Assembly (NCBI GenBank): GCA_044869275.1
Contig: JBIOXB010000036.1
Coordinates: 1 to 64,000, forward strand
Length of the DNA: 64,000 nucleotides
Reading direction: 5' to 3'
Source: a bacterium
GTDB taxonomy: Bacteria; Zhuqueibacterota; Zhuqueibacteria; Zhuqueibacterales; Zhuqueibacteraceae
The translations under genes were made by a program, and so were the position numbers. Below are positions 16,750 to 26,854 of this stretch, in pieces. Each line of letters starts with the position of its first letter. The stretch's first letter is position 1. The notes below the pieces were generated by a model. That model was not told where the DNA came from, did no database searches, and saw only the letters and a program-made list of their open reading frames with translations.

Positions 16750-19049
16750 CAATTGAGCAAATCGAACAACCGGCTGTATTTGACGATGAAGCTGCGGTCA
16801 CGCAGTCCCAGTGCGTCGTCCTCGGTGTCGCGCGTTTCGTTATAGACCACAAAAAGCCCGGTGTTTGCGGTTTGCAGCCAGCCCAGACGCAGATTCGTCG
16901 CCCAGAGGTTGTCTCTGTCGTTGTATTGCAACAGGCCTTGCAGGAAGATTCTGGGTGTGAAGGAATACGAAAGCCGCGCCCGTGCCAGGTTGGTTACGAA
17001 ACTGCCGCCGGGAAGAACAATATCATTGCGATTCCAGCCCAGCTCGACGTTGAAGATCTCACGATAGCGCATGCGCAATGACTGGCTGAGCGCCATGCGC
17101 TCACCTCCGAAAAAACCGCCCGTGGTGAAAGTTGTTTCATAATCCCACCATGCGCCCTTGTTTGTAATGAACACGAGCTGAACTTCCGCATGATCGTAAG
17201 TTCCCGGCGGCACGACCACACCGGGATAAATCTCAAACGAGTCCGTCAAACCCTCCCTCGTAAAATTTACGCCGGTGTGGAACTCGTATCCGCTTTTCCA
17301 TTCCCAATGATTATCGAGGTGCAGGAAGCCGGTTTCCTGGAAACCTTGAAAATTCCAGAAGCCGCGATAGGAGACGTGCGGCCTGAGCTCGTGCAGTTTC
17401 AGGAAATTTGCCGGCCGGTAACGATGCATGATGAGCGCATCCGGTTTGCGATAGCCGCTGGCAACCAAAACGCCAGCTTGCGGTCTGCGTCGGCTGAGAA
17501 ATCCGACTTCGGGATTAAAGTAATCGCCCACTTCCGTATAATTCGCTTGCAGCAACCAAGCCTCGGAATCATAGCTCGTAGCAAGCCTAAAAGCGTGCTG
17601 GTCACCGCTAATACCGGGAGTTGCGGTGCGCGCCGCATACCCCGAAACCAGACCGTACCTGCCGATGCCCAGACGGCCATCGGCGGCAAACGTACGATTG
17701 TAATTATTGTCCGGAGACAGGTCGCCGGTGCCTTGGCGATTGACAAACATCACGCCCACGGCCGAGCGATTGGGCAGCTCGCGGTTCACACGGACAACAG
17801 CGAAATTGTTGGCCTGGGTCACGTCCTGCACCGCATCGGTTTGCATGTCGAGCAGGCCAATATCCGTGCCCGCGATCTTGCCTGAAAGACGAGCGCCGCC
17901 TATGATCGGAACGGTGGTGCCATTCGGAGCGATGCCAATGCGGCGGCTGAAAAACATCTCGACTTCTCCCGGGCTGCCGACAGAAGACACGCCAGCGTTC
18001 TCCAGAAAAAACGGCCGTTTCTCCGGATAGAAGAGATTGAAGCGATCCAAATTGATCTGCAGCTCGTCCACTTCCACCTGCGCGAAGTCGGTGTTAATCG
18101 TCAAATCCAAAGTCAGGCTGGGCGTGAGGCTGTATTTGAGATCGCCGCCGATTTCCCCATGCCAGTCAGTGCCGTTAGCTTGCGCGATGACGCGATCGCC
18201 CTGACCCAGCGCGTAAGGCGTCAGTTTCAAATTGCGTTGCTGAGGAATTTCGATGCCGGTGAGCGCACCGGCTTGCGAAAGACGGTAGAGATTGAATTGA
18301 CGCGGAAGCGACGCCCAAAAAGAAGTTTCGTTCCGCCGCCGGATGTTGCGCTGAAAATTTACGCCCCAGGTTTGAGAGCTGCCTTTGGCATAGCGCAGCG
18401 TCCGAAATGGAATTGCAAACTCCGCGCTCCAGCCAATTTCTGACGTTTGAGTTCGAACTTCCCACGAGCCATCCCAATTGATATTGAAGCCGCCCCCCGA
18501 GCCCACTTGCTGGCTTCCGGGCCCGGTGCCGCTGCCTTCGCCTTCCTTGGTGACTTGACCGTCGTATTCAATGCCAGCCGGATTGGTGCCAAAGACGAAA
18601 CCATTCTGTCGATCGAGATACGTGTCCATGATAATCTGGAAACAATCAGTTTCGTCCAACGGAGAATCACGGCGGCTGCCGGACACGATGATTTGTTTGG
18701 GATTGCGATCGTAGCAGACGATTCCAAAATAGAGAGTGTCGGCGGTAAAGTTGATGCGCACTTCTGTCTTTTCCGTAGCGGGTTGTCCTTCATCTGGCGT
18801 CGTTTGCCAGAATGCGGTCAAAGGAGTGACACTGGCCCAGGCCGAATCGCCGAGCACATCGCCATCGAGCCGCGGCGAGCGCTCAACTCGCACCGCCGTT
18901 GCCGCTAAAGGGGCGGCAGCGGCATTGCCGTCAGTATTGGCAGAGCGCTCATGCTGCATATCTTGTTGCCGAGCCACGGCCATGCGGGCCTCGCTCACCA
19001 ACAGGCAAACCAACAACATGCCGATCACGGCCCGAATGACTGGGACCAT
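16749..19049 (-). CDS. DUF5916 / CBM9-like domain outer-membrane protein
   Basis: Signal peptide; PRLDG, WSAEFAIPFRTLRY, WGVNFQRNIRR, NTDFAQVEVD, LFYPEKRPFFLE, FFSRRIG; RBS GAGGAGG. Confidence 0.88.
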   Translation of the reverse strand: MVPVIRAVIGMLLVCLLVSEARMAVARQQDMQHERSANTDGNAAAAPLAATAVRVERSPRLDGDVLGDSAWASVTPLTAFWQTTPDEGQPATEKTEVRINFTADTLYFGIVCYDRNPKQIIVSGSRRDSPLDETDCFQIIMDTYLDRQNGFVFGTNPAGIEYDGQVTKEGEGSGTGPGSQQVGSGGGFNINWDGSWEVRTQTSEIGWSAEFAIPFRTLRYAKGSSQTWGVNFQRNIRRRNETSFWASLPRQFNLYRLSQAGALTGIEIPQQRNLKLTPYALGQGDRVIAQANGTDWHGEIGGDLKYSLTPSLTLDLTINTDFAQVEVDELQINLDRFNLFYPEKRPFFLENAGVSSVGSPGEVEMFFSRRIGIAPNGTTVPIIGGARLSGKIAGTDIGLLDMQTDAVQDVTQANNFAVVRVNRELPNRSAVGVMFVNRQGTGDLSPDNNYNRTFAADGRLGIGRYGLVSGYAARTATPGISGDQHAFRLATSYDSEAWLLQANYTEVGDYFNPEVGFLSRRRPQAGVLVASGYRKPDALIMHRYRPANFLKLHELRPHVSYRGFWNFQGFQETGFLHLDNHWEWKSGYEFHTGVNFTREGLTDSFEIYPGVVVPPGTYDHAEVQLVFITNKGAWWDYETTFTTGGFFGGERMALSQSLRMRYREIFNVELGWNRNDIVLPGGSFVTNLARARLSYSFTPRIFLQGLLQYNDRDNLWATNLRLGWLQTANTGLFVVYNETRDTEDDALGLRDRSFIVKYSRLFDLLN

Positions 19050-19080
19050 GTTCTTCCTCCTCTCGTCTTTTCATAAGGCC

Positions 19081-19188
19081 TCACAAGATCTCAACAAGAG
19101 GTTTGCGAAGTGGTATTACGTCATCTCGCAGGACAGCTTTGACCAGGTGCATCTGACGCGCCAGGATTTTCTCAAGAGGAAAACTTGA
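19081..19188 (+). repeat. 108-bp direct repeat, copy 2 (orphan 3' end of the DUF4340 gene)
   Basis: Encodes SQDLNKRFAKWYYVISQDSFDQVHLTRQDFLKRKT-stop, nearly identical to the DUF4340 C-terminus. Confidence 0.92.
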
Positions 19189-19283
19189 TTTTGGCTCAGC
19201 CACGAAGGCCGGCGGAATGATCTCGAAACGATGGCGGAATTCCGCATGCCGCCGTGGCGAGCTTTTGTGCGTACCCTTCCCGA

Positions 19284-21614
19284 CTACCGATTCTCCGCCG
19301 CCTGCTTCAACTCCCGGCTGCGCTGATAGAATTCCTCCAAATTCATTTCCTTCAAGAAAACCAGACCGCGTGTGGCGCGAATCATCGGGCTGGGATGATT
19401 GTGAAACCATTCCCGCCCCAGGCAGATTTTAATTCTGTGGTATTGCTCCACCTGAATTTTTTGCGCCAGCTGCGAGAATGGGCCATCGTGCTCATAGCTC
19501 GGAAACGAAGCGTCTCTCTGCGAGACGAAGGCATTCATGAACGCTTCCTGCATCACCGTGAACATGTTCAACGACACCGGAACATAGATATTGGCCTCGC
19601 TGGGATGAAAGCGAAACCAGACGTTGCGATAGCCCCACACCTTGAGGTCGGGCCGGCCCGCTTTGCTCTCGTGCCGTTTCAACGCTTCGGTGATGGCTTG
19701 CAGAACTTTATAGTGCGTATCCGGCCCGCTGGCTTCGGGATCCAGCGCCACGGTCACAATGTCCGGATTCACTTTTTCCAGCAGGCGCTGCACCGGCAGA
19801 ACGTCGCGCGCCACGGTCGGCTCCTCGGTGAAAATATCACCGGTGTAAAATCCCAGGCGCAAATGCGGCACATATTCGCAGCTCCAGCCGAAATAGCCCC
19901 ACAAGCATTCCGCCTCCCATTCGCGGCACATGCCTTTCAAGCGTTGAATATAATCCGGGTCTTTCTTGCCGGGATATTGCGTCTCGAAATAATGGTGCAG
20001 CTCGGTCAAACGATGCTTCAAATTGCCCAAATCATGCTCGTCGAAAGTGACCATGAGATTGCGCAACAACCGTCGCGCCGCGCCCTCGTCCTTGGTTTTT
20101 TGCTCGGCGGCGGCCACGCCGTCAAGGTATTGCCACACGTCGCGATTGCGGCCTTCCAAATTGTCTTCATCGAAATAGCCGCTGTGCAGCAGGTCGGCAA
20201 AAGACTTGGTATCGATAAATCTGTCCAGACGAGCGAGGTGCTGCAACATGTAGTGATTGGTCACGGCCGTGAAGCCGCTGGTCAAGCAGGCAAAGTAATG
20301 TGTGTTGCTGGCGACGCGAACGTGGCGCACTACATAGGGCAGATAACCCAGCATGATATCGTCATGATGCGGCTCGGTGTGCAAGAAACGCGTGTGCTGC
20401 AGGGCCTGCGCGCCCTTTTCGATTTTGGCCACGAGCTTATGGTGCACTTGGTGCGCGAGTTCCTTCCAATTCCCGCCCCACCTTTCCAGCAGGATGGCGC
20501 CGGCTTTGTCGCTTTTGAAATCTTCCGCACGCAATTGCACGAGGCGCGTGCGTTTTTTGAACGCAAGATCGATAACGACCTTCTCGATTTCTTCCTCGCT
20601 GAGCTCCGGCGCTTGCCTTAAAAGCTGCAACTGGCGCTCGACCAGCAGCTTGGCCGCGCCGCGCGTGATGTAGAAACGCGCGTGCGCCAGCGGTTGCAGC
20701 GCAGTCGCCGGATAGAGCACGTGCTTGTCGCTTTGCACGGCTGCGGCCACAATACCGGCTTTGGCTTCACCCGCGGCAATGATGATCGCCGTGCAATTCG
20801 GATTGTGCGTGATCGTGCCCAAACCGATGGTGATCACCAGGCGTTTGCGCGACACTTCGATGCCGCCGAGATCGGCGGCTGCCGAGGCCTGGGTTTCGTA
20901 ATTCGTCGGCGTCAGGCGCGTCGTGGAATGATGATCCGAGCCGCTGACGTTGAACCCGATGTGGCCGTCCGGCCCGATGCCGCCCAGAAAGAAACCGATA
21001 CCACCCCATTCCCGAATGCGATCCTCGTATCCCTGGCACCATTGGTCGAGGTTCTCCAAAACGCGTTTCTGCATACGCTCGAGATCGTTTGCCGCCTGGC
21101 GGTAGCGCAGACTCAAATCGACTTCTTGATTAGGCCAAACGCTGCTGAGTGTTTCGTTTTTGCCCAGCCCGATTTTGGAGCAATCGATGAGCAACGCTTT
21201 TTTGAGGTCGAGGCCGAAGCCCTCCACATAAAACTCATTGACGTAAGAATAAAAGCTGTTGTGTTGCTGGGGATTGATGGGATAGAATTCATCGATCTGC
21301 ACGAAATGCAGGCTCTCCATATCCGGTTTGTTCGCGGGATCCACGCCATGGCGCTCCAGCTCGGCGCGCACCTCGGGCGCCGAGAAGTTTTGCAGAAAAT
21401 GATTCACCCACTTGATGAAATGCTCCGGGGTCTTGCCGGTGGGCAGTGCAATCACGCCCCCGGGATTGGCCTGCGTCCACTCCAAGAAACGCAAAGCCGC
21501 CAGCTTGCCCAGGGCGGGAAAATTGTCAACAACAATAACGGGGATTTTTTCGGTGGGAGAATACAACGCCTGAAACGAGGAAGATTTCAATGCAATTTGC
21601 TCGACTGCACTCAT
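19284..21614 (-). CDS. nagB: Glucosamine-6-phosphate deaminase fused to a PIG-L/LmbE-like domain
   Basis: ALPTGKTP, QIDEFYP, LGGIGPDGHIGFN, ITIGLGTI, AGEAKA; C-terminal PHHDDIMLG and PDTHYKV. Confidence 0.88.
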   Translation of the reverse strand: MSAVEQIALKSSSFQALYSPTEKIPVIVVDNFPALGKLAALRFLEWTQANPGGVIALPTGKTPEHFIKWVNHFLQNFSAPEVRAELERHGVDPANKPDMESLHFVQIDEFYPINPQQHNSFYSYVNEFYVEGFGLDLKKALLIDCSKIGLGKNETLSSVWPNQEVDLSLRYRQAANDLERMQKRVLENLDQWCQGYEDRIREWGGIGFFLGGIGPDGHIGFNVSGSDHHSTTRLTPTNYETQASAAADLGGIEVSRKRLVITIGLGTITHNPNCTAIIIAAGEAKAGIVAAAVQSDKHVLYPATALQPLAHARFYITRGAAKLLVERQLQLLRQAPELSEEEIEKVVIDLAFKKRTRLVQLRAEDFKSDKAGAILLERWGGNWKELAHQVHHKLVAKIEKGAQALQHTRFLHTEPHHDDIMLGYLPYVVRHVRVASNTHYFACLTSGFTAVTNHYMLQHLARLDRFIDTKSFADLLHSGYFDEDNLEGRNRDVWQYLDGVAAAEQKTKDEGAARRLLRNLMVTFDEHDLGNLKHRLTELHHYFETQYPGKKDPDYIQRLKGMCREWEAECLWGYFGWSCEYVPHLRLGFYTGDIFTEEPTVARDVLPVQRLLEKVNPDIVTVALDPEASGPDTHYKVLQAITEALKRHESKAGRPDLKVWGYRNVWFRFHPSEANIYVPVSLNMFTVMQEAFMNAFVSQRDASFPSYEHDGPFSQLAQKIQVEQYHRIKICLGREWFHNHPSPMIRATRGLVFLKEMNLEEFYQRSRELKQAAENR

Positions 21615-21774
21615 GGCCAGATTTTTCCCTTCAATCGTTCGCAGCATGGCGAGAAGAAACATAATAATGTATATTTCTCTTCCTTAGAAAGCAAGCCTGT
21701 TTGGGAGAGATTGTTACGTGGACGTCAAATAGTTTGCAGAATTGTGGCCGCGCCCGCAAAACTGGTTCTGCTGC

Positions 21775-21803
21775 TTGACTTTGCCGTGCACATTCAATAT
21801 CTT
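21775..21803 (+). promoter_or_regulatory. Sigma70-type promoter
   Basis: TTGACT-N17-TATCTT upstream of RBS AAGGAG and ATG 21851. Confidence 0.55.
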
Positions 21804-21850
21804 GGCCGTCCTCAAAAAATGGATTGAGGCAATTGATCAAGGAGTGATTC

Positions 21851-22753
21851 ATGCGTTCCAACAAAAGCGAAACAAGCAAGAAAGTTATTAGCGCTGTTCT
21901 GCTCCCCTTTTGCGCGATGGGAATCGCGGGATTCGCCAAATTTGGCGAAGATTTGCAGACGAAAAACCTTGCGGCGCACAGTACGTTTCATTATGAACTG
22001 ACTCGCACGCTGGCGCGTGCAGCTGGTTTTACCGCTGCAGAGGCCGAGTCCCTCGCGGTCATCAATGCAGCCACGGACACCGAACTGTTCACGGGCGAGA
22101 CCGGCATCACGATTCAACTGAATGGCACTGAGCGCGTGAGCAACACCGGCCAGTATTGGCACTTCGCGCGGCGCGACAGCGCCAACGCCACGGGCGAATA
22201 CCTTTATCCGGGCGCGCGCAACACCTGCGCCTATTTCACGCGCCAATTTACGCGTTCTTGTCCGGGTGAGGCGCCGGAAATGAACGAAATCGAGAAATGG
22301 GCGGTTTATGCCTCGGACGCGCCCAGCCTCGGTGCGCCACAAATTTCATACGATCGCGGCCAGACATTGCAAACCGTGCCGGGAAAAAGCTTGCCGGCAT
22401 TGGCGATTTATTTGCATGCGCTCGCGGATTCTTATTCGCACGAAGCATGCATGGCCTCGTCGCAAGTGCGCACGCACAAATCCCGGCCATCTGAATGCTC
22501 GGCCGTGCATTGGCATACGCAAGCGGAATTCGGCGATCATGCCGAGATCGACAAAGGTGTAAGTTACACGCGCGAGGCGGCGCAAGCGGCCTGGCTGGCT
22601 TTGAAATGGTTTCGCCAGCAAAACGGCCGCAACGAGCCGGCGTTATGGACGGAGGAACAAGCCCTGGAATTTATTCAGAATTGGGTGAAATTGGACAAAG
22701 CGCAAGAGCGCCGGGATTCGGCGGTACAGGCCTTGTCAGCGCTGCCACTATGA
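21851..22753 (+). CDS. Secreted DUF6765-like protein (possible Zn-dependent PLC/P1-nuclease fold)
   Basis: Signal-like N-terminus; FHYELTRTLARAAGF...A...TD, WHF, YLHALADSYSH. Confidence 0.6.
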   Translation: MRSNKSETSKKVISAVLLPFCAMGIAGFAKFGEDLQTKNLAAHSTFHYELTRTLARAAGFTAAEAESLAVINAATDTELFTGETGITIQLNGTERVSNTGQYWHFARRDSANATGEYLYPGARNTCAYFTRQFTRSCPGEAPEMNEIEKWAVYASDAPSLGAPQISYDRGQTLQTVPGKSLPALAIYLHALADSYSHEACMASSQVRTHKSRPSECSAVHWHTQAEFGDHAEIDKGVSYTREAAQAAWLALKWFRQQNGRNEPALWTEEQALEFIQNWVKLDKAQERRDSAVQALSALPL

Positions 22754-23146
22754 AATCCACCCTGGTCTGATTCGCAGGCGTGGCGTGAAAAGCGTTCCCA
22801 TGCAATGTTCGGCAATGACCCGCTCCGCAAAATGCAAGCGTGCGTGGTAAATTAGCGCATGCCAATTCGGCTATGAAATGTCGACGAAGTGCAGGTCGAA
22901 GCAAGGCCTGCCACTTTGTTGACCAGATTGTACAAGCCGGTTCTGCCGCTCTCGGCCAGAACCGGCAGCTCTCCCAAGCGCGAATCCAACTTTTGCAATG
23001 GCGCGTCCAATTGCGCCGTGCTGCAAAGCATTCAAACTTGCTTCACCTCTATCCACCTCGTGGTCGTTTTCAAGAACGATACGCACTTCGTGCGCGACCA
23101 TCCGTTGCCCTCTTGCGGACGCAATGATATCAGGAGAAAACGAGCA

Positions 23147-24721
23147 ATGGGTATAGAGCGTCATCCCACATCTGCGGCCCATCGTATTGTGAATAAAAGA
23201 TGCACCGGAAAGGCGTTGCCTGCCATCATGGTTCAAACCATCTGGCTGGTGATGGCGGGGTTCGTGTGTTACACCGCCACCGGACTGGGCCGCGCTTCTT
23301 CCCGCGACCGAACACCGCAATTCGCTGTGCGCAATTCCATCGCCAGGCCGGATTCTGGCATCGTCATCGTCGCGAAGAATCGCGCCGCTCGGCACAACCA
23401 GCCGTTGAACATTGAATATGAAGGCATAATGCTGCAGAGGGCCGCACCTCTTTTGTCGAAAGAAAACGGCGAGTTCCGCTGGCACTTCAAGCCGTCTGAA
23501 CTTCATGTGCCGGCTGCGCTTCTTCGCGATGGCGTGCATGAGTTGCGCGTGTGCCCTCCCGGTGGAGCCTGGTCAAAGCCTTTGCAAGTCGTCTGGCACA
23601 CGCAGCCGCCCGTTGTCACTGCGGAAGCCGTAAAAATTGCGGGTTCCGAGAAGGTGGTGATTGCGGGCAGGGTCGCGACCAAAATACCGCGTGAAGATTA
23701 TCAAATTGCCGTCGAGCTTCTTCTTCAAGTCGCGCCGGAAGCTATCTGCGTCGCCCTGCCGGTGCAGCGCGGCGCGGATTCGGCCGGCATGGCAGTTTTC
23801 ACATTTCGCACCGCTGTGCACGGTTTGCCCAACATCCTTCCGGGCGAGATTGGCTTCACTCAACCTTTTTTTGCGTTGTCGGTGACCGACCCCGCGGGCA
23901 ATAGCTTTTATCATGAAGAAAGCTATGCCTGGTTCAATGCTCCCGGTCACAAACGCCTCGGAACGGAATCTGCCGTCGCGCAAAGTCCCCGGCCTGCGCT
24001 TCCCCCGCCCGCCGGCCGCCGCGAGAGCGTTTTTATCCTCGCTGCGCGAGCGCCAAGTGCCAACCCGGCTCGCATCCCTCAAACCGCCTTACGGCTGGAG
24101 GTGGAAAATCTCTCGCCGCAACCACATCAACTGCGATGGACGAACGGTGCCAAATCCTCTCATGACGGCCAAGCCCTGGCCTTGGTTTGGCGGGACGAAC
24201 AGCCCGTGGCCATTTGCTTCACCCATCAGTATCGTGATGAAGAAGTGCCTTTCGGGAAAGGCTGTGGCTACCGCGTGGAACAAATCACGCACGACGGGCG
24301 GGTTGTCAGCAGCAATGTGGTACACTTGGAGAGCACGCCGGGAGCGGGCAAATCCGCGACTGAGGCAAATCCATTGTTGATGCAAACATTCGGCCCGAGC
24401 GAAGCCGCGGCCTCCACCGGGACGACAAACTTGCGTGACCAAACCGCGATCGCTGCCGTGGTCGGCAAGCACAAGTCCGCCATTCAGGATTGCTTTCAAC
24501 TCGGACTGCGCCGTGACCAGAGTTTGAAAGGTAAAGTCGTGGTGCGTTTTGTCGTCACGCCGCAGGGTGCGGTGTTGAACGCCGAGGTGGTCTCCTCGAC
24601 TTTGAGCAATGACATTGTCGAAGATTGCATGCTGAATCGCATCAAGCGGTGGAATGATTTCGGTGCGGCGCCGAAACAAGGCGAGGTGACGTTCAAACAG
24701 ACTTATCTATTTGGGTATTGA
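23147..24721 (+). CDS. Exported protein with C-terminal AgmX/PglI-type (TonB_C-like) domain; start uncertain
   Basis: C-terminus AIQDCFQLGLRRDQSLKGKVVVRFVVTPQGAV...SSTL...VEDCMLNRIKRW; RBS AGGAG before 23147. Confidence 0.7.
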   Translation: MGIERHPTSAAHRIVNKRCTGKALPAIMVQTIWLVMAGFVCYTATGLGRASSRDRTPQFAVRNSIARPDSGIVIVAKNRAARHNQPLNIEYEGIMLQRAAPLLSKENGEFRWHFKPSELHVPAALLRDGVHELRVCPPGGAWSKPLQVVWHTQPPVVTAEAVKIAGSEKVVIAGRVATKIPREDYQIAVELLLQVAPEAICVALPVQRGADSAGMAVFTFRTAVHGLPNILPGEIGFTQPFFALSVTDPAGNSFYHEESYAWFNAPGHKRLGTESAVAQSPRPALPPPAGRRESVFILAARAPSANPARIPQTALRLEVENLSPQPHQLRWTNGAKSSHDGQALALVWRDEQPVAICFTHQYRDEEVPFGKGCGYRVEQITHDGRVVSSNVVHLESTPGAGKSATEANPLLMQTFGPSEAAASTGTTNLRDQTAIAAVVGKHKSAIQDCFQLGLRRDQSLKGKVVVRFVVTPQGAVLNAEVVSSTLSNDIVEDCMLNRIKRWNDFGAAPKQGEVTFKQTYLFGY

Positions 24722-24758
24722 TCCATCCCGTTGCAATGAAATCCTTCCGGCCGCGAAA

Positions 24759-25964
24759 CTATAGCACGATCCTCATCGTGGTCCCTTCCCCCAGGCGGGA
24801 CTCTTTGACAAATAATTTGCCGTGATGATATTCCTGCACGATGCGCTTGGCCAGGCTGAGCCCCAAGCCCCATCCGCGCTTTTTGGTGCTGAATCCCGGC
24901 CGGAAAATGTTCTTGCGGTTGGCCGGCTCGATGCCGCGGCCGTTGTCCTGCACGTCGATGATCACCCGCGCCGATTTCTCCGGCGCAGACTGAAGGGCGA
25001 TGCGAATTTCGCCTTTCGGCGATTCGATGGCGTCCAGTGCATTGCGCACCAAATTCTCCAGGACCCACTCGAAGAGATCGCGATTCATCGGCACCGGCGG
25101 CACCTCGCCATGTTGCACGGTGATCTTCACCTCGCGCCGCATTTGCGGCAGGCGGCTGCGAAAATATCTCGCCACTTCCTCCGCCAGCGCCACCACGTCC
25201 TGCTCCTTCAAATCCGTGCGCGAGCCGATTTGTGAAAAACGGGATGCGACTTTGCTCAAGCGCTCGACGTCGCGCTGCATTTCGGTGATGGTCTCGTGCG
25301 CGCTGTTGGTCCCCGCTTGCTCGTGCAGCAACTCAATCCAACCTAGCAAAGAAGATATCGGGGTGCCGAGCTGATGCGCGGTTTCTTTGGCCATGCCGAC
25401 CCAAATGTATTGTTGCTCGCCGCGGCGAATGCTGTTGAGGCCGAAGAAGCCAATGAAGACGAACAAGCCCACGACGCTGATCTCGATGTAAGGCAGCCTT
25501 TGCAGTTGTTTGATGCGCGTGGAATCGCCGTAATAGAGATAATTCAGTGTATCGCTTTTGCCGCTGATGGGATTTTGGTAAGTAATGGGAATGGGAGCGA
25601 TCTCGCGTTTCATGGAAGCCATGATTTCACGCACTTCCTGGCGGGCTTGTGGAGAATGGATCGAATCCGAGGCCACGTAAATGCCCTTCCAGCCCACGGG
25701 CTCGCCGTCGGCGCTGGCGAGAATGATGGGAAATTCCGTGCGCTTGATGATTTGCTCGAAGATGAAATTGAGCGAGCTGTCATCGGCTTCGTTGGCGGCG
25801 CGCGCGTAAAACTGCGCATAGAACAGCAAGATATTACGCGCCTCCGCCCGCAAACCGGTAACGATTTGATGAGAATGCCACAACAACCCCAGAATGATGG
25901 CGACCGCCGTGACGAACAAAAAAATTTTCAGGCGGCCAGCGTAACGATAGGGCAAGAATTTCAT
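24759..25964 (-). CDS. Membrane sensor histidine kinase (orphan)
   Basis: Two TM helices; AKETAHQLGTP (H box), ENLVRNALDA, DNGRGI, FSTKKRGWGLGL. Confidence 0.95.
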   Translation of the reverse strand: MKFLPYRYAGRLKIFLFVTAVAIILGLLWHSHQIVTGLRAEARNILLFYAQFYARAANEADDSSLNFIFEQIIKRTEFPIILASADGEPVGWKGIYVASDSIHSPQARQEVREIMASMKREIAPIPITYQNPISGKSDTLNYLYYGDSTRIKQLQRLPYIEISVVGLFVFIGFFGLNSIRRGEQQYIWVGMAKETAHQLGTPISSLLGWIELLHEQAGTNSAHETITEMQRDVERLSKVASRFSQIGSRTDLKEQDVVALAEEVARYFRSRLPQMRREVKITVQHGEVPPVPMNRDLFEWVLENLVRNALDAIESPKGEIRIALQSAPEKSARVIIDVQDNGRGIEPANRKNIFRPGFSTKKRGWGLGLSLAKRIVQEYHHGKLFVKESRLGEGTTMRIVL

Positions 25965-25970
25965 GGGCGT

Positions 25971-26795
25971 TTATAAGGATACGCTTGCGCGCGACATTTC
26001 GTAACCCGCTTGCGTGATCTCCTGGAGCAATGCGTGCACTTTGCCATTGCTGGCGAGAATATTGCCGCTGTGCCAAAAATCATCATCTGCGGAAAAACCC
26101 GTGACCAGCCCGCCGGCTTCGTGCACCAGCAATACCCCGGCGGCAAAATCCCAAAGATTCAGATGATATTCCCAGAAGGCATCGAAACGGCCCGCGGCGA
26201 CAAAGGCCAAGTCAAGACTGGCAGCGCCCAACCGGCGCAGATCGCGCACGCGGCCGAAGAAGGATTTGAACATCCATGAATAAGCTTCGAGCAGAGTTTT
26301 CGCACGAAACGGAAAACCGGTGCCGAGCAGGCATTGATCCAGTGCCGTGCTTGCCGTGACTTGAAGGCGCGTGCCGTTCAGAAACGTCCCGCCGTTGCAA
26401 GTGGCGGTATACAGCTCGCCGCGCAGGGGATCGAGCACCACGCCGGCGACGATCTGCCCCTGTGCGCGCGCGGCAATGGACACGGCGAATTGCGGCACGC
26501 CGTGGATGAAGTTCGCCGTGCCATCGAGCGGGTCGATGATCCATTGCACTTCGCTTTCATTTCCGCCCGAGGCGCCGCTCTCTTCCGCGAGAATGGCGTG
26601 CTGTGGGAAATGCCGGCGCAGGCAGGCGACGATGGCCGCTTCCGACTCGCGGTCCACGGCGGTGACGAAATCGAATTCTGCTTTGTGGTCCACTTGCAGC
26701 GTATGCCGCTGTGCGAACCTCTCGCGCAGAATCTTGCCGCCGATTTGTGCCGCTTCTATCGCCGCCGTGAGAAAGTCGTGATGTTTTGAGAGCAT
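25971..26795 (-). CDS. suhB: Inositol monophosphatase family protein
   Basis: AEESG, WIIDPLDGTANF, RRLGAASLDL, WDFAAG. Confidence 0.93.
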   Translation of the reverse strand: MLSKHHDFLTAAIEAAQIGGKILRERFAQRHTLQVDHKAEFDFVTAVDRESEAAIVACLRRHFPQHAILAEESGASGGNESEVQWIIDPLDGTANFIHGVPQFAVSIAARAQGQIVAGVVLDPLRGELYTATCNGGTFLNGTRLQVTASTALDQCLLGTGFPFRAKTLLEAYSWMFKSFFGRVRDLRRLGAASLDLAFVAAGRFDAFWEYHLNLWDFAAGVLLVHEAGGLVTGFSADDDFWHSGNILASNGKVHALLQEITQAGYEMSRASVSL

Positions 26796-26854
26796 GGTTT
26801 GATACTTTCGAACACGGATCTGCAACTTAAACAGGTTGCACACCTCACAACAGC

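Noticed and set aside
18736..19188. 150-aa plus-strand ORF ending in a DUF4340-like C-terminus
   Set aside because: Only the last 35 codons are meaningful (the duplicated 3' end); the rest is antisense to DUF5916
11698..24721. Gliding-motility locus (Gld-like ABC plus AgmX-like domain)
   Set aside because: No motor or adhesin genes here; both families occur in non-gliding bacteria and belong to unrelated motility systems
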